A DNA stretch of 63,886 bases. Origin: Klebsormidium nitens (Eukaryota; Plantae; Klebsormidiophyceae). Positions 10,801-21,990 of this stretch are shown here, one piece after another (the stretch's first letter is position 1; the number at the start of each line of letters is the position of its first letter). Position numbers and translations under genes: made by a program. The notes beneath the pieces were generated by a model that was not told the DNA's origin, ran no database searches, and saw only the letters and a program-made list of their open reading frames with translations. The stretch is taken from NCBI GenBank assembly GCA_000708835.1, contig DF237473.1, positions 1 to 63,886 on the forward strand, in the 5' to 3' direction.

Positions 10801-13800
10801 GCTTTTGGGAGGCTCTCTCACAAAGTCTCCATCCGTCCTCTAAACTTCTGAACTCAACAAAAATAACCAGAGAAATTGCATGTACTTCGCATAAGCAGTT
10901 TTTAAAGTCGTTTCAGAGTACTTTCGGGGGGCGTAATAAAGAAAGAGAACACCTCACCTCCAAATGCTGCGCAGAGTCCCTGTCCAACTCGCTCCGCCGC
11001 TCTTGCTCGAACGCCAGGCTTAGCCGCGCACCCTCGTCCTGTTTCGCGATCCACCCGTCCGGAGCCCTCGAAAACGCGTTCATCAAATGACCGCCGTTGC
11101 TGAGCTGGGCTTCGCGGAGCGCGCTCACACTGTCCCGGGGCACGCTCACAACGTCGCGGGGCATGTTCACACCCTCGCGGGGGCCGTTCACACCGTCCCG
11201 GGACACGTTTGTGACGTCGCGGGCAACGTTAGCGCCCTCGCGAGCCGCATTCAAAGCCTCACGCATCGCGCTTTCGTCCCGGAATCCTCCGTACATTCGC
11301 ATGAAGCTGAGCTCCTCGGCGCGTCCGGGAACGTCCAACCCGGAATCGGACCCCGACGCCTTCAAACTTGCGAGGGATCCCCCCGAAAACCCGCTCGAGA
11401 ACGAGGCTGCCGCTAGTGCCGCGCTGGAGACCTGCGGCTCTTGGGGGATATTCACACCGCTGCGGGGTCGGTTCTCCTCGAACCGCGGGGCCATCTCGCG
11501 GTACATCTGTTCCGCCCGCGCCTCCTGGTGGGAATACGCCCGAGGATCCTCCGGGTGGGAATACGCCCTGTGCTCGTCCAAGGGGGGCGAGCGGCGCAGA
11601 GGCGAGAGGCATTGCCCCGACTCACTGCTCGGCCCCGAACCAAACATGGTGGTGTTAAACGGCCCCCCCTGCCCGAGACTACCCGTGATCCAGGCGTCGC
11701 TGCTCCCCCGACTACCCGGATGCGACTGGCCCTTCTCCCCGTCCTCGGGATTCGGCGGGTTTACGAGGTCGGGGGGGTCAATGTGGAGCCCGGACAGCGT
11801 CGGGATCAGCTTCGGGGGGGATGCCACGGCGTTGTCTGCGAAGCGGGGATCCCCGGAGGCGAGATGTCGGTTGCCCCCGGAAATAGTTGAGTGCCCGGAG
11901 TACTGCTCCGGGGGGGACAAAGGCCAGGCGTTTGTGCCCGGGGGAGACGAACCGAGGCAGGCACGGAGGATCCATGGCTGGTGCTGGGGGGTGAGAACGC
12001 GGGCGGCAGAGTACGCGGAGGGGAGCGGCGCCAGCTGTCGGGGCTTAAGCATTGTTGCACTGCAAATGGAACCGACAAAACGGGTGGGTTTATGAAAGGG
12101 TTTGCAATTGAGTTGGATTGGGAGGACAGACGATTGGAGACACGTGGACACAAATTTTGGAAGAAAACGGATGAGCGCCGGGGCAATCCAAACGGCGGAA
12201 GAAACGGATGGGTTTAAGAGAGGGTTTGCGCCTGACGGACAGGCAATGTGTAAGAAACGGAGGACGTGGACGTGCCGAAACACTGCAAACGGCGGATAAA
12301 GCCGATGGTCTTCGGCCTTCGATCCGTTGCAAGACTTATCAGAGATGGCTTGACCGTGATTACGACGCCAGACCATGTCAGTCGAACGGCGACGGAAGAG
12401 GGTGAGCATTTAGGGTGAGCATTTATAGCGATGAAGACAGTGGGCGGAAATACGTAGTGGGCTTTGCCTTCGGCCCCGAGGGAGTTTCGAATTGAAGTAC
12501 TTAGCAAACGCCTCGAGGATGGACAGAACAGAACAAATGCCCATGGTCATGACCCGTTGAAAGATGGCGGAATTGTGCGATTGGGGAACAAGGAGCTTGA
12601 CAGAGACGGAAGGATAATAAGGCCACGAACAAACGAACCGCTGGTATGCCAAAACCGGCACGTATTGGCCACATCTTTGATTCCCTCACCCCAATCTCTC
12701 AAAGTGTGGCGTTTTTCAAAAGCGTATGCAACAAAAACTGAGGTCTTAACAAAAGATGGTATACGTAGAAGAGCGGTCCCATTGACCCTCTCGGCCGGCT
12801 TGAAGGTCCTCGACTGGGTTTCCATGCTTTGACAGACATTTAAGCAGCACTTTTGATGAGGAACAGAAGCATGGCGGCATCAGTGACAAATCGAAGAACC
12901 CTTGTTGCCTATAAGTGGCAAATGGACTAAATTTCAAGCAAACGGAAAGCATTCATCTGGCTTACCTAGTATCGCTCCTCTCGACATCCAACACCAGCGC
13001 TACAGTGACCTCGCCCTCCAATTCCAACGGCAACAACGCCTGTCAATCATGGAAATTGGCATCACATGAGATTTACTGATAACGTTGTCCACCTTACTGA
13101 CCGCAAATAACACTGAACCCAGAAGAGAGAACGGATAGGAGAACGGAAGAGAGACTGAACGGAACGGATATCACATTGAACGCGAGTGTACGCAGATTTT
13201 GGGATGCAGGGTCGGAAGACATCGTTTCCTAGGAGGTTATACGCGATTCACCGAAAGTAGCGGGACTTTGCATAAGTAGCCAAAGGGTCTTTTCAGATAC
13301 TCAGCGGAATGAATGGAATCAAGGTAGGTTCGAGAAGGAATCCGAGAGCTTGAACGAGAAGCGCAGACATTCATGGCAAATGATCTGACACGCTGATTCG
13401 AGGGGGACTCTTAGAGTGAAGCACTCAAGCAGCGCTCTAAGGAGGATCAACAAAAACTGTTACTTCGAAAAGTGTACCTGAATCTTGCCGGCGCTTCTCT
13501 CCCGCACAAACTGCGGCACCATCTGGAAGGGGTCGACCCGGGCCCTGTTCACACTCCTCTTGGCAGCTGCACTCAGGGCCTTCTGAAGGAGGTGTGAATC
13601 GGCGTCTTGGAGAGAGCGGGGAAGCCAGGCCCTCACGGAGTCTAGGGAAGTCCAAACCTGCAGAGAGGAAGCCGATGGTTGCGAAAGCCGGAGATACAAT
13701 GGTAACGGAAAGGCGACTCGGGGTCGGATTGAGAATCGAATCTGACGGTCACGGTCGGACCTGGGAATTGGGAAACGTGCTTGGCGACACGTCAACACAA

Positions 13801-16800
13801 CGAGCAGATATCGATTGACATCGGGAAGCTAAATTACAAACTCGCTGCCTCTCAAAGAAAGCCAGGAGCAGATGTACAAGAGCCAAGGTGGCGATGACGA
13901 GTCCGTTTCCAGTCATGGTCACAGGTCTTCAGTAAAACTGCGTGACAAGAAGCGGTTCAAAGTCCGGCCTCAGAAATCTTTCGAAAAGGAAAGGCGTCAA
14001 GAGGCCCGGCAATAGTACCACATAAGCCTGGCCGTACAAACGACCAGTGAAGACAGACACCGTCCAACTACTCGGCGTCCTGCCAATGACTGAAAGTAGA
14101 AATGATACTTTGAAACCTCTCCTTAGGCTCCCTTAACCGACTGTGCTGACTCAAAGCTGCCAACATACGAGCACACTCATAACTTTCATCACGGATAAAA
14201 TCTGTCTTCAGAACAACCAAAGATCCAAAATGCAAAAAGCCGTGGTTCTTTCTGCTCTGCAGAAGCGTAAACGCACCTCGGAATCGGCGTCGACCTCGCC
14301 AGAGAAGCTCCTGATGTCGAACACTAGGTCCGATACTGATGCAAAGAAGGTTGCCTGCGCAAAAGAAAAAGGGTTTGTAAACGAAGCAATCGTTGAAGGG
14401 ACGTGACTGCTTGACGTTGTCAGGGACGTGGTTGCTACATCGCAACATCAAAGGGACGATGATTTTGGGTCAGCGCCAGTAGCGTAGTAAGTAGGGACTA
14501 CAGCTTCATCAGTAAGAGGTGCTCGATGCTCACGTCTTTTCAAAAGGATTCCATTCAAACAACAAGACTGGCCTTGAAGTGAGGTCACAAACAAGGTGCA
14601 GAGGCACGAATGATAACACGAGATGGCAATGATTAGGGAGCGTTTGAAACAGCACAATGAACAAACCTTGATTCAGCATGACTTCAGCTCGGATACACAG
14701 CCGAAGGAGAACGATCATACAAAGCGGGCTCTCACAGATTCCCACTTACAACAGAGCAACATGAACTTTCTCAAATCTCAAGAATGTCTGATTGGAGCCT
14801 GCTCAACGCTTTTTTAACACGTTGATGGTTCACAAAATAACCCTCCCAGACCTGGAAAAAGCGTGACAAGGAAAAGAGCGTACCTTGCTTGGGGCCCGGA
14901 TGACGTCACAACCCTGATTCCATAACTGGCCGCCGTCCTGGAGCTTGCTCGCAGTCACGAAAGCGTGTAGGAGCCAGGCGGGGGAAGCTCCATCCTCAGC
15001 ACGCTGCAAAGTTAAGAACGAGCATTGAACCACTTCTCTGACTGCCCTCTTAGAGGATGGAACACACCAGAAGCGACTGAGTCAGACATTGTGAATTTTC
15101 ATGCCTTCTTGTCACCGGGTTTCTGCAGACAAAGGGAGTCTTCGCCTGCCCATGTCGTCTTGGTGCACAAACCAGACGAGACCTTCCAGCGTCAAGTCGA
15201 TCGGTTTCTTTCCTTAACCCCAAAAGGACCTTTCAGCCTGTTTCCGACCCCGTTTCTAGATTTCCAAGAGAGGACCCTCCAGAAAAATATAGCTCGACTC
15301 GGTTTCTTGCTGAAAAGAGAGGACCTTACAGCATGATCTCGAATCAGTTTCTAACCTTAGCAATGCAGTAGGTTTGTAATCTAACAAGAGAGGATCTTCC
15401 AGCATGATCTCAATTCAGTTTCTTACCTTGGCGATGCAGTAGAGAAGCTCCCCGCTCTCTTGAGAGAGCAGCCCCGTGCAGAAGCATGCCCAGGTGGCAC
15501 GTCCAGATTGGTCGACCCGTTCAACCACCTTCCCTTCATCAACCTGCACTCACAAATTCTGAGCTTCAGGAACGCAAAGCATCACTAGGAGCAGATTTTC
15601 GCACTAAACAAGTTCTTATTCAATCACTACCCTAGGACGAGGTTTGCACATTTACTGTGTTTGGAAAAGTACATCTGACCTGCACTCAAACTTTACGCTT
15701 CAGGGAACCTACTTTGTACAAACTTGGTTCGTACCCTTCGCAATTTCGAGACTCCAGGCAGCTGCGACCGATTCCCAAGTAAGAGGTTTCATTCCTCTTA
15801 CAGCTCTAGGCCGAGCAATCACCGTCACCTCTGATTTCAGGGATGGATTAAAAAGTGCCACACAAGCTTAAGTTTTTCCTTCTTTGATCTGTCCAAGTCA
15901 AGGGAAGAAGAACAATCTCAAAGAAACATTCTTGTCCAAAGCAGAAGGAATTGCGTTCAAGTAGCACCAAGTAACAGACAGCTCCGCGAAACCACTCTGC
16001 TGGTCAGGCGCCAGATCAGACGAGAGATTTTAGAAAATTCACCCAAGGGTTAACCAAGCGGGTTGAGCAGACCCTTACCAATTGCAGGAACTGTTGGTCG
16101 AGGTAGGTTTGGAGACAACCCAGGTACTGATTCTCAGGTCGCCCCCTGAGAGTCCACTCTTCCTTCTGTGCGGAGAAGAAAGACAAGAGTCAGCCAAGAG
16201 CGCAGAATAACCAGACTGGGTTGAGAACTCGTTAAGGGGACAGCTCTCAGCTGTGAGAAGTGAAGAAAGATAACCAGTGTTGTTATGGGAACAAACTTGA
16301 AGGACAGAGTCACCAATCTTACCTTTCAAAAGATAACCAGTGTTGTTACGGAACAAAGGGTCACCAATGTCACCTGTCACATCCGAAACCTCTTGACCAA
16401 ACCCTGTCACATCTAAAATCCTCTTGACCACAGAACCGACGGGAGTGAAACAAGGACAGAGTACTTACTTTCAATGATTGAAAGCTCTAGAGACAAGAAC
16501 ACCCCCTTGCCCGGGTGTGCCCCACAACATCTGCTTCGGATTCATCTCAACTTCGGAAGAGAAAATCACTAGCATACGAAATGCTGAATAGTGATACTTC
16601 TCAGAGCATTAGAATCTTAGAAGCCCTCAGCGCTGCGTTCCTATGGTTCCTACATGGTTGCATGCATGCAAGCACCAAAGCAATGACTCGAAAAGTCCTA
16701 ATCCGCTTTTCATGGAAATAGTTGCATCCGTGATTGAGAAAGGAAATCACAATCCTGGTAACACAATCGAGCAACGCCTTTCTGTCGTCAGAGCCAACAG

Positions 16801-17233
16801 GCTACTGCAATGACCAGAATCAAAGGATGACAAGTTGAGTCCTAGTAATGGCTTAGGTGCGCGACTCCAGATTAGACAAGCCAACTGAGACTTACCAACC
16901 GCAAATGGAAGACAAGACATTGTTGTTCACAGGGAAACAGAGACAATGAAAGGTCAAAGAACGACAAGATCTTGGTTCTCGAACACTCTCGACCCTCTTA
17001 TACAAGAGTCCTACTAAAGACAGGGCTTCAATCAACAAGGACGTAAGCTGAGATGAAGCAACCAACGCACGAAAGCAAAGCCAAAGCAAAAGCAGAGGGA
17101 CTTCCTCAAAAAAACAAACGGAAGTCTTTGTCTCACCTCGGCCAATACTGCCAGCAGCTCAAGCCCGAAGCGGCGCTCGCTCGGGGGCCTATTCACACAC
17201 GCGATGGAGAGTGCAGTGTCTATGTCCAATCCC
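7884..17233 (-). CDS. Multi-exon RNA-related protein: DUF3825-like domain, long low-complexity linker, RRM, CxxC-x18-CxxC zinc ribbon, Gly-rich tail; N-terminus unresolved
   Basis: Phase-consistent exons (minus strand): 17233-17137, 16165-16079, 15543-15427, 15003-14884, 14354-14277, 13657-13478, 13039-12966, 12059-10958, 10350-10100, 9503-9319, 8503-7884 (or to 7673 if the G8 run at 7914-7921 is really G7). The join reads LELLAVLAEKEEW...LQTYLDQQFLQLVDEGKV...WACFCTGLL...WLLHAF...ATFFASVSDLVFD...WLPRSL...MVPQF...GKIQALLPLEL...VALVL...ATML...AYSAARVLTPQHQPWI, which follows the recalled DUF3825 motif order. RRM: VNISQLP...LFSRYGAV...WFAIVEF...VYVRRH. Zinc ribbon: CSMCGRESTVPFKPVINGQPPRCRTC. Confidence 0.8.
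8800..10630 (-). repeat. Echo stacks around the RRM exons 10350-10100 and 9503-9319
   Basis: Degenerate copies at about 8805-8855, 9005-9065, 9190-9260, 9555-9700, 9745-9840, 9975-10065 and 10440-10530 (e.g. repeated ctgcgtactgttc, actcactactcgaatcc, ccagccaccagcc). Confidence 0.85.
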
Positions 17234-18260
17234 CTGTTCAGAAGAAGCGCGTGTTAGGAGGATGTAAGTTAACCGTGCTGGGAGAGGAAGGGTCGCAAAT
17301 TCTGTACCCATGGACAGCGAACCTTACCCCTTGTCAGAAGGATCCGTCAATTCGTGCCCTCCAAAGTAAAGTAAAAGAAGACCTTCTCATCAGGATAGGC
17401 AGGAACGCTGTCGTATGTTAGCAAGAACAAACAAGAACAAAGGATTTGCAGGGGGGTTCAAGAACCACCAGGCTGGTGGGGGCACTGCCCAAGAAACGTA
17501 AAATCTGAACCTAACCAAAGCTGGGGCAGTGCTATTCAGATCTTCAGTCCTGGGCCTAGGTAAACGTGAGTAAGCTGTGATTGGAGGAAACCCAGGGATA
17601 CACCAAACCAAACAAGAAACTATTGCAGCGAAGTCGGTGTGAGATGCGGGTAGCCTGCTAACATACAGCGGGTTAAAGTATAACAGCCAGCGACTCTCCT
17701 CCTTCCTTCCAATCTTAAAGACTTTGAAGGTTTCCTTTGCCCCTCAGCCTGTATGCATAATGCAGGGGGTAAAATATTGTGTGATACAAGGATTATAACA
17801 CTGCTTCTTGTAAAAGCAGAGACAACCCCCCACCCCTTGTGTGACACTCCTAAGCTCCACCCCCTCTCTCTCCTTTGAAAAGCAGGGCCCCAGTTTTAAG
17901 GCTTTAAGGGGATCAGAAGCTCCAGGTTAGGAACAGGTTGGCAACGCACTCATATCAACTCTGCATCAGAGACGTTCGCTGTCCTGCAAAGTCGCCAAAC
18001 CTAATTGCAACCGACCGAAGCAGAAAGAGGGAGGGCCGGAAAAAGACTGGGTCTAACTCTGCACCAACTGCTCTTGACACTTGGAGAACCGCAATTGAGA
18101 ACGAGGGCTGATAGGACTCACTTCAGTAGCTCTTGGAAGAGCGGACTCTCGCAGACCCCCCCCTGTTGTTTTTTCCCCTGCGCCTGTGCCTGTAAAGAAG
18201 GGGCACGGGCAAGATTCAGCATCAGATTTAGCTCTAAATGCAAGAGAATTATCATTCGTG

Positions 18261-18363
18261 TGTTGCCACTTTAAAGCTTTTGGCTGGTTTGCCCAATGAC
18301 ACACAAACTTGATGTTGCCACTTTAAAGCTTTTGGCTGGTTTGCCCAATTAATGACACACAAA
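18261..18363 (+). repeat. ~52-bp near-perfect tandem duplication
   Basis: tgttgccactttaaagcttttggctggtttgcccaat at 18261 and 18313; the second copy has a 4-bp insertion before gacacacaa. Confidence 0.9.
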
Positions 18364-20080
18364 ATTGGTGTTTCCCCTTTCCCCACCCCCTAGGCAGGAC
18401 AGGAACCTTCCCCACCCCCTTGCGCCGAAGCTTGGCGTACGTTCCTGGCGTTTCAATCCGCGCAGATGCTCCCCTCAGAATGAGTTCCTTGCAGCAGAAG
18501 GCAGCTGAATCTGACACCGGCAAGTTGACTGACACGCAGATTCGCATCACAACAGATCGCCCTGACCCAAGAAAACTGCACTTTCTGAAACCCCTGCCCA
18601 AAATAGCAAATGCCCCACAAACAACTGACGGGACTCCAATTCACACTGTGTGATTGACTGTGACCACGGCAATCGTGCGCTTGCAAATCTGACGCATATC
18701 CAAGGGGAGTCCTCACACTGCATAAATTCAGATAGTAAAATTTGCGGGGATGTCTCGAACTAGAGGCTGCAGCGGCCAAAGCACAAGAGACAAGAGAACG
18801 TGGAGCACCATGGTCGGGACCATGTCAGAAGGATGGGTTTTGCGCAGATAGAACCCCCAATGATGCAATTCAAAAGGGGGGAAAGTGCCTGGTTTGGCAA
18901 TTTCAAACAGGCCTGATGCGTCATAAAATCTTGAAACTTTTTCCAAATAAAAGGCACTGACGCAAAGACTGGCCTTCGTGAATCAGTGCCCTCCGAGCCT
19001 CTAGCTGCAATACCGTCTCAAGGGTCAGATTCTTTCGTGCGAGACACATCAACTAGACGTGATATTGTAAGCGGGTTGAAAGGACGTTGACTCCGAAACA
19101 ACTGAAAGCATAACACCGTACTATGCATTTGACTGGGGAAAGGGCCAACGGCTCTCCGAAAGATTGGACAAGGGGGCAGTTCGGGGCCATTCGTGTTTAA
19201 AAAGCTTTAAGCAAAGGTGTGCTTGGCCACCTCGATTGGCATGTACTTGAACCAAGGGGGGACTACACTATGATACAATGAGAAGCAGCTCCAAAAAGAC
19301 CAGCTCCAAAAGAACAACAAACAAGAACCGGACAGAAAGGACCAGCACCGAAAGGTCAACAGCCAAAAAGTCTGGCCAATCCCCAGCGCTCCCTCTTAGG
19401 GCAGGCTACAACCACAGCATTAAGCAAAAGTACTTCAGGTAAGTCCTCAATTTGTTCTCTCAAAATACCTCCAAGATCTCGCTTCTCTTTTTGCTTTTTG
19501 CTTTTCACATCATGCAGTTCAAACACTACATTCAGCTCCTCCAAGAAGTCAATACCAATCTAGCCTAGTCCACAACTTCATGAGCATGGTATAGACAAGG
19601 CATGTGGGAAACCCTGTAAGCCTTGGCCTGCCGGTGGGTCTAAGCAAGGGGCAATTGGGGTGCAGAGAAGCATTGAATAAGAACAGTTTGCAGAATCTGC
19701 AAATTGCTCTCGTTTCTCAGTTCGGAGTATGCTAGATGAGCTCATTTGAATGCTAGCAACCCTTCGCTTTGACAGCCCCATCAGAAGATGGTACTGGTCT
19801 TTACATTTCAAGCGCAATCGTACAAAATAATGGGGCCAAAAGTGATGGGACATGACACAGAAGGTTCCTGGTACCACTACTGCGGAGAATCGCTAGCTTA
19901 GAAGTACGCTCGTTGAGTAGGACTACCCAGATCGGAACTTGAGCGACTCACCCCGGGCTGAAACCCCCCCGGGATTTCCAACACGAAACACAACATACTA
20001 CCCTAGCCCTCCACTAAATCCTTCATCGAAAGGATGGGACATTCTAGGATTTGAAAGATGTGTGTAAAGGTAGTACTCAC

Positions 20081-20483
20081 CGTACACGATTGGCACAGCT
20101 CGGGAAAACGCACTGAGCTGAAGAGGCCGCCAGACATGTCACCTCGCAACCCTTCCAGCATCACACCCTTCCCTCCCTCAACTGACCACATCACGTTGTC
20201 ACCCAACCCCGTGCCCGGTTCATGACACCACCCTCCCATTGCCCCCTCCTGCTCTCTGCTGGTGTCAATGTTTGGACGAGCTTGAGAAGGGTCTGTGACT
20301 AGGGTGGGTGCAGCTGCATTTGAGCTGGCCTGTGAAAGCGTGGCAAGGGAAACTGTTGTAAGGGTACTGCAGAGTGCATCAGAAAGGGCGGAAGGGGGAA
20401 GGGCTTGCAGGGGCTTGCTAGAGCAAGTCCCAGGCCCCATAACGCTCATCATGCCTCTGACCTCTAAGCAGGGTGCCACCGTC
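20081..20483 (-). CDS. Candidate upstream exon of the DUF3825/RRM gene (Ser/Ala/Thr/Pro-rich)
   Basis: Open frame within ORF 20003-20479, bounded by acceptor ctcgcag (20484) and a strong donor ACG|gtgagt (20080). Not linked by phase to the downstream exons. Confidence 0.3.
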
Positions 20484-21199
20484 CTGCGAGTTTGAGCTCA
20501 GGTTGAGGGCTACAAAGGCTTTGCTCACAGCAACGGCAGCCAGAATCACCTGGTATCGACGAGAACCTTGTGATACCTTTAACAACCAGCTTAGTCAGAT
20601 CTTCCATGAAACTTTGGGATTATTCTTGGAGGGTTGTAAGCAGAGGGTTGTTCCTGGAGGGACACGCCTTCATCTTTGACCTTCTACAGAACGCAAGCTG
20701 CCCGTATGCTCCAGAGACCCTACTTGACTCTTTTCCCATGAGCTTTCTTGAGCTAGTTCCTTCTTCGCACTTTGACGCCGAGCTCTGCAAAGCATAACGG
20801 CTTCTCAACCAGATTCTCCCAGCTTTCCTTTTTCACCGCCCAGCTCATCCAAGCGGAATGAAGCCAAGCTATGGGTCACAACTTCGGAAGTCTGAATGAC
20901 GAATCTTGATTCTTGGAGCTCGCCGCCATGTTGCCAGCTCCTACGAGAAGCTGGTCACATCTGGTCACCCACTCATGAAAGGATGAATGTCTTTTCCGGA
21001 GCCAAAAGAATTGAAAAGACTCGGGTCGCGACGAGCCTAATTTAATTCATGAAATGTTAAACGGCCCTTACTGTGATATAATCGGTATTACTAATGGGTA
21101 ATTTCCGACATGCGGGCTTCTTCACACTGACTTTCGGCCGGATGTCCTCTCTTCCATTTTTTCCAACCGCCGCCTACTGTTACCGACCGGTCGGGAACG

Positions 21200-21990
21200 G
21201 TCACCCGGGCAGCCCAGTTGGTTTGCACCCGGGTACGGTTCGAGGTACCTACCATGGGTTCGCCCGGTACGTGGACTTGGCACAAATGGTACGCACCTTC
21301 CACCATCGAAACCCAGCATAACGAATTTGAAACCCAACTTGCTTGGATGGCGCCTCGGTTCCGAGTCTCTTCCGACAAAAAGTGATTTGACACAACGTAG
21401 TTCGCCCCAAGTTCAATGTGTTGAAATTTTGGGTATTTATCGCTCCTGCCGACCCAATTTAGAGTGTCAAACGTGCAACAAGCACGCAAGATGACTGACT
21501 ACTTTGGTTATCAAAGCACAAATCTTTAAAACGATGACGTCGGCGGTAGGTACGAGGTAGGTACTTTCTCCGATAAGCGGAGTACCGGTAAAGTTGGCCG
21601 GTTGATGCGGTGGGGAATAGGCACCTAGGTGGTAGGTGGGTAGTAGGTACCGTAGGATAGCTTATGGACCCTATGCCCGGTTTGCTGGAGTGCGCGGCTG
21701 TGCCTCACTCGCCCGACCGCGCAATGCAACCGCAGAAAGCAGCCCAGCTTGCTCATGCACCGGGCGTCGTTTCCATTACCGACATGTCGCGCATGCCTTC
21801 CCGTGTAGGTTATTCGGGCGGCTGGAGCCTACCAGGGCCCAGGCCCCAAGGCCCAAGGTCGAGAGCCCGGGCAGTTTTGTCTTTTCTCCGAAGTCCAAAT
21901 ACCAATACTACGTGGCAGAAAATGCCGTAGAAGGCCGGCTAGGTACCTAAAAGTACCGGCGTGGTACAGACCCAAGAGTCAAGACTCAAG
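21200..21990. mobile_element. Possible non-autonomous DNA-transposon remnant with dense GGTAC/GTACC subterminal-like motifs
   Basis: More than ten GGTAC/GTACC/TACCG motifs clustered at 21230-21300, 21545-21660 and 21940-21970. No TIR or TSD identified. Confidence 0.25.

Noticed and set aside
11936-11944. Second possible homopolymer frameshift at the start of the large exon
   Set aside because: The existing frame already matches the DUF3825 C-terminal motif (AY..AR...W) and the upstream exon phase, so no correction is needed.
7779-12095. Long plus-strand ORFs (273 aa, 332 aa and others)
   Set aside because: These are antisense shadows of GC-rich minus-strand exons.
10913-12409. 498-aa ORF as a stand-alone single-exon gene
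   Set aside because: Only 12059-10958 is bounded by splice sites; the first ~115 codons are intronic, and the exon joins in phase to exons on both sides.
14143-15336. Long plus-strand frame with scattered stops that looked like a decayed gene
   Set aside because: It is the antisense of DUF3825-like exons 14354-14277 and 15003-14884, which have canonical splice sites and motif matches on the minus strand.
19356-19560. IGIDFLEEL segment resembling a retroviral protease C-terminus
   Set aside because: No catalytic D(S/T)G motif, RT or integrase found nearby.
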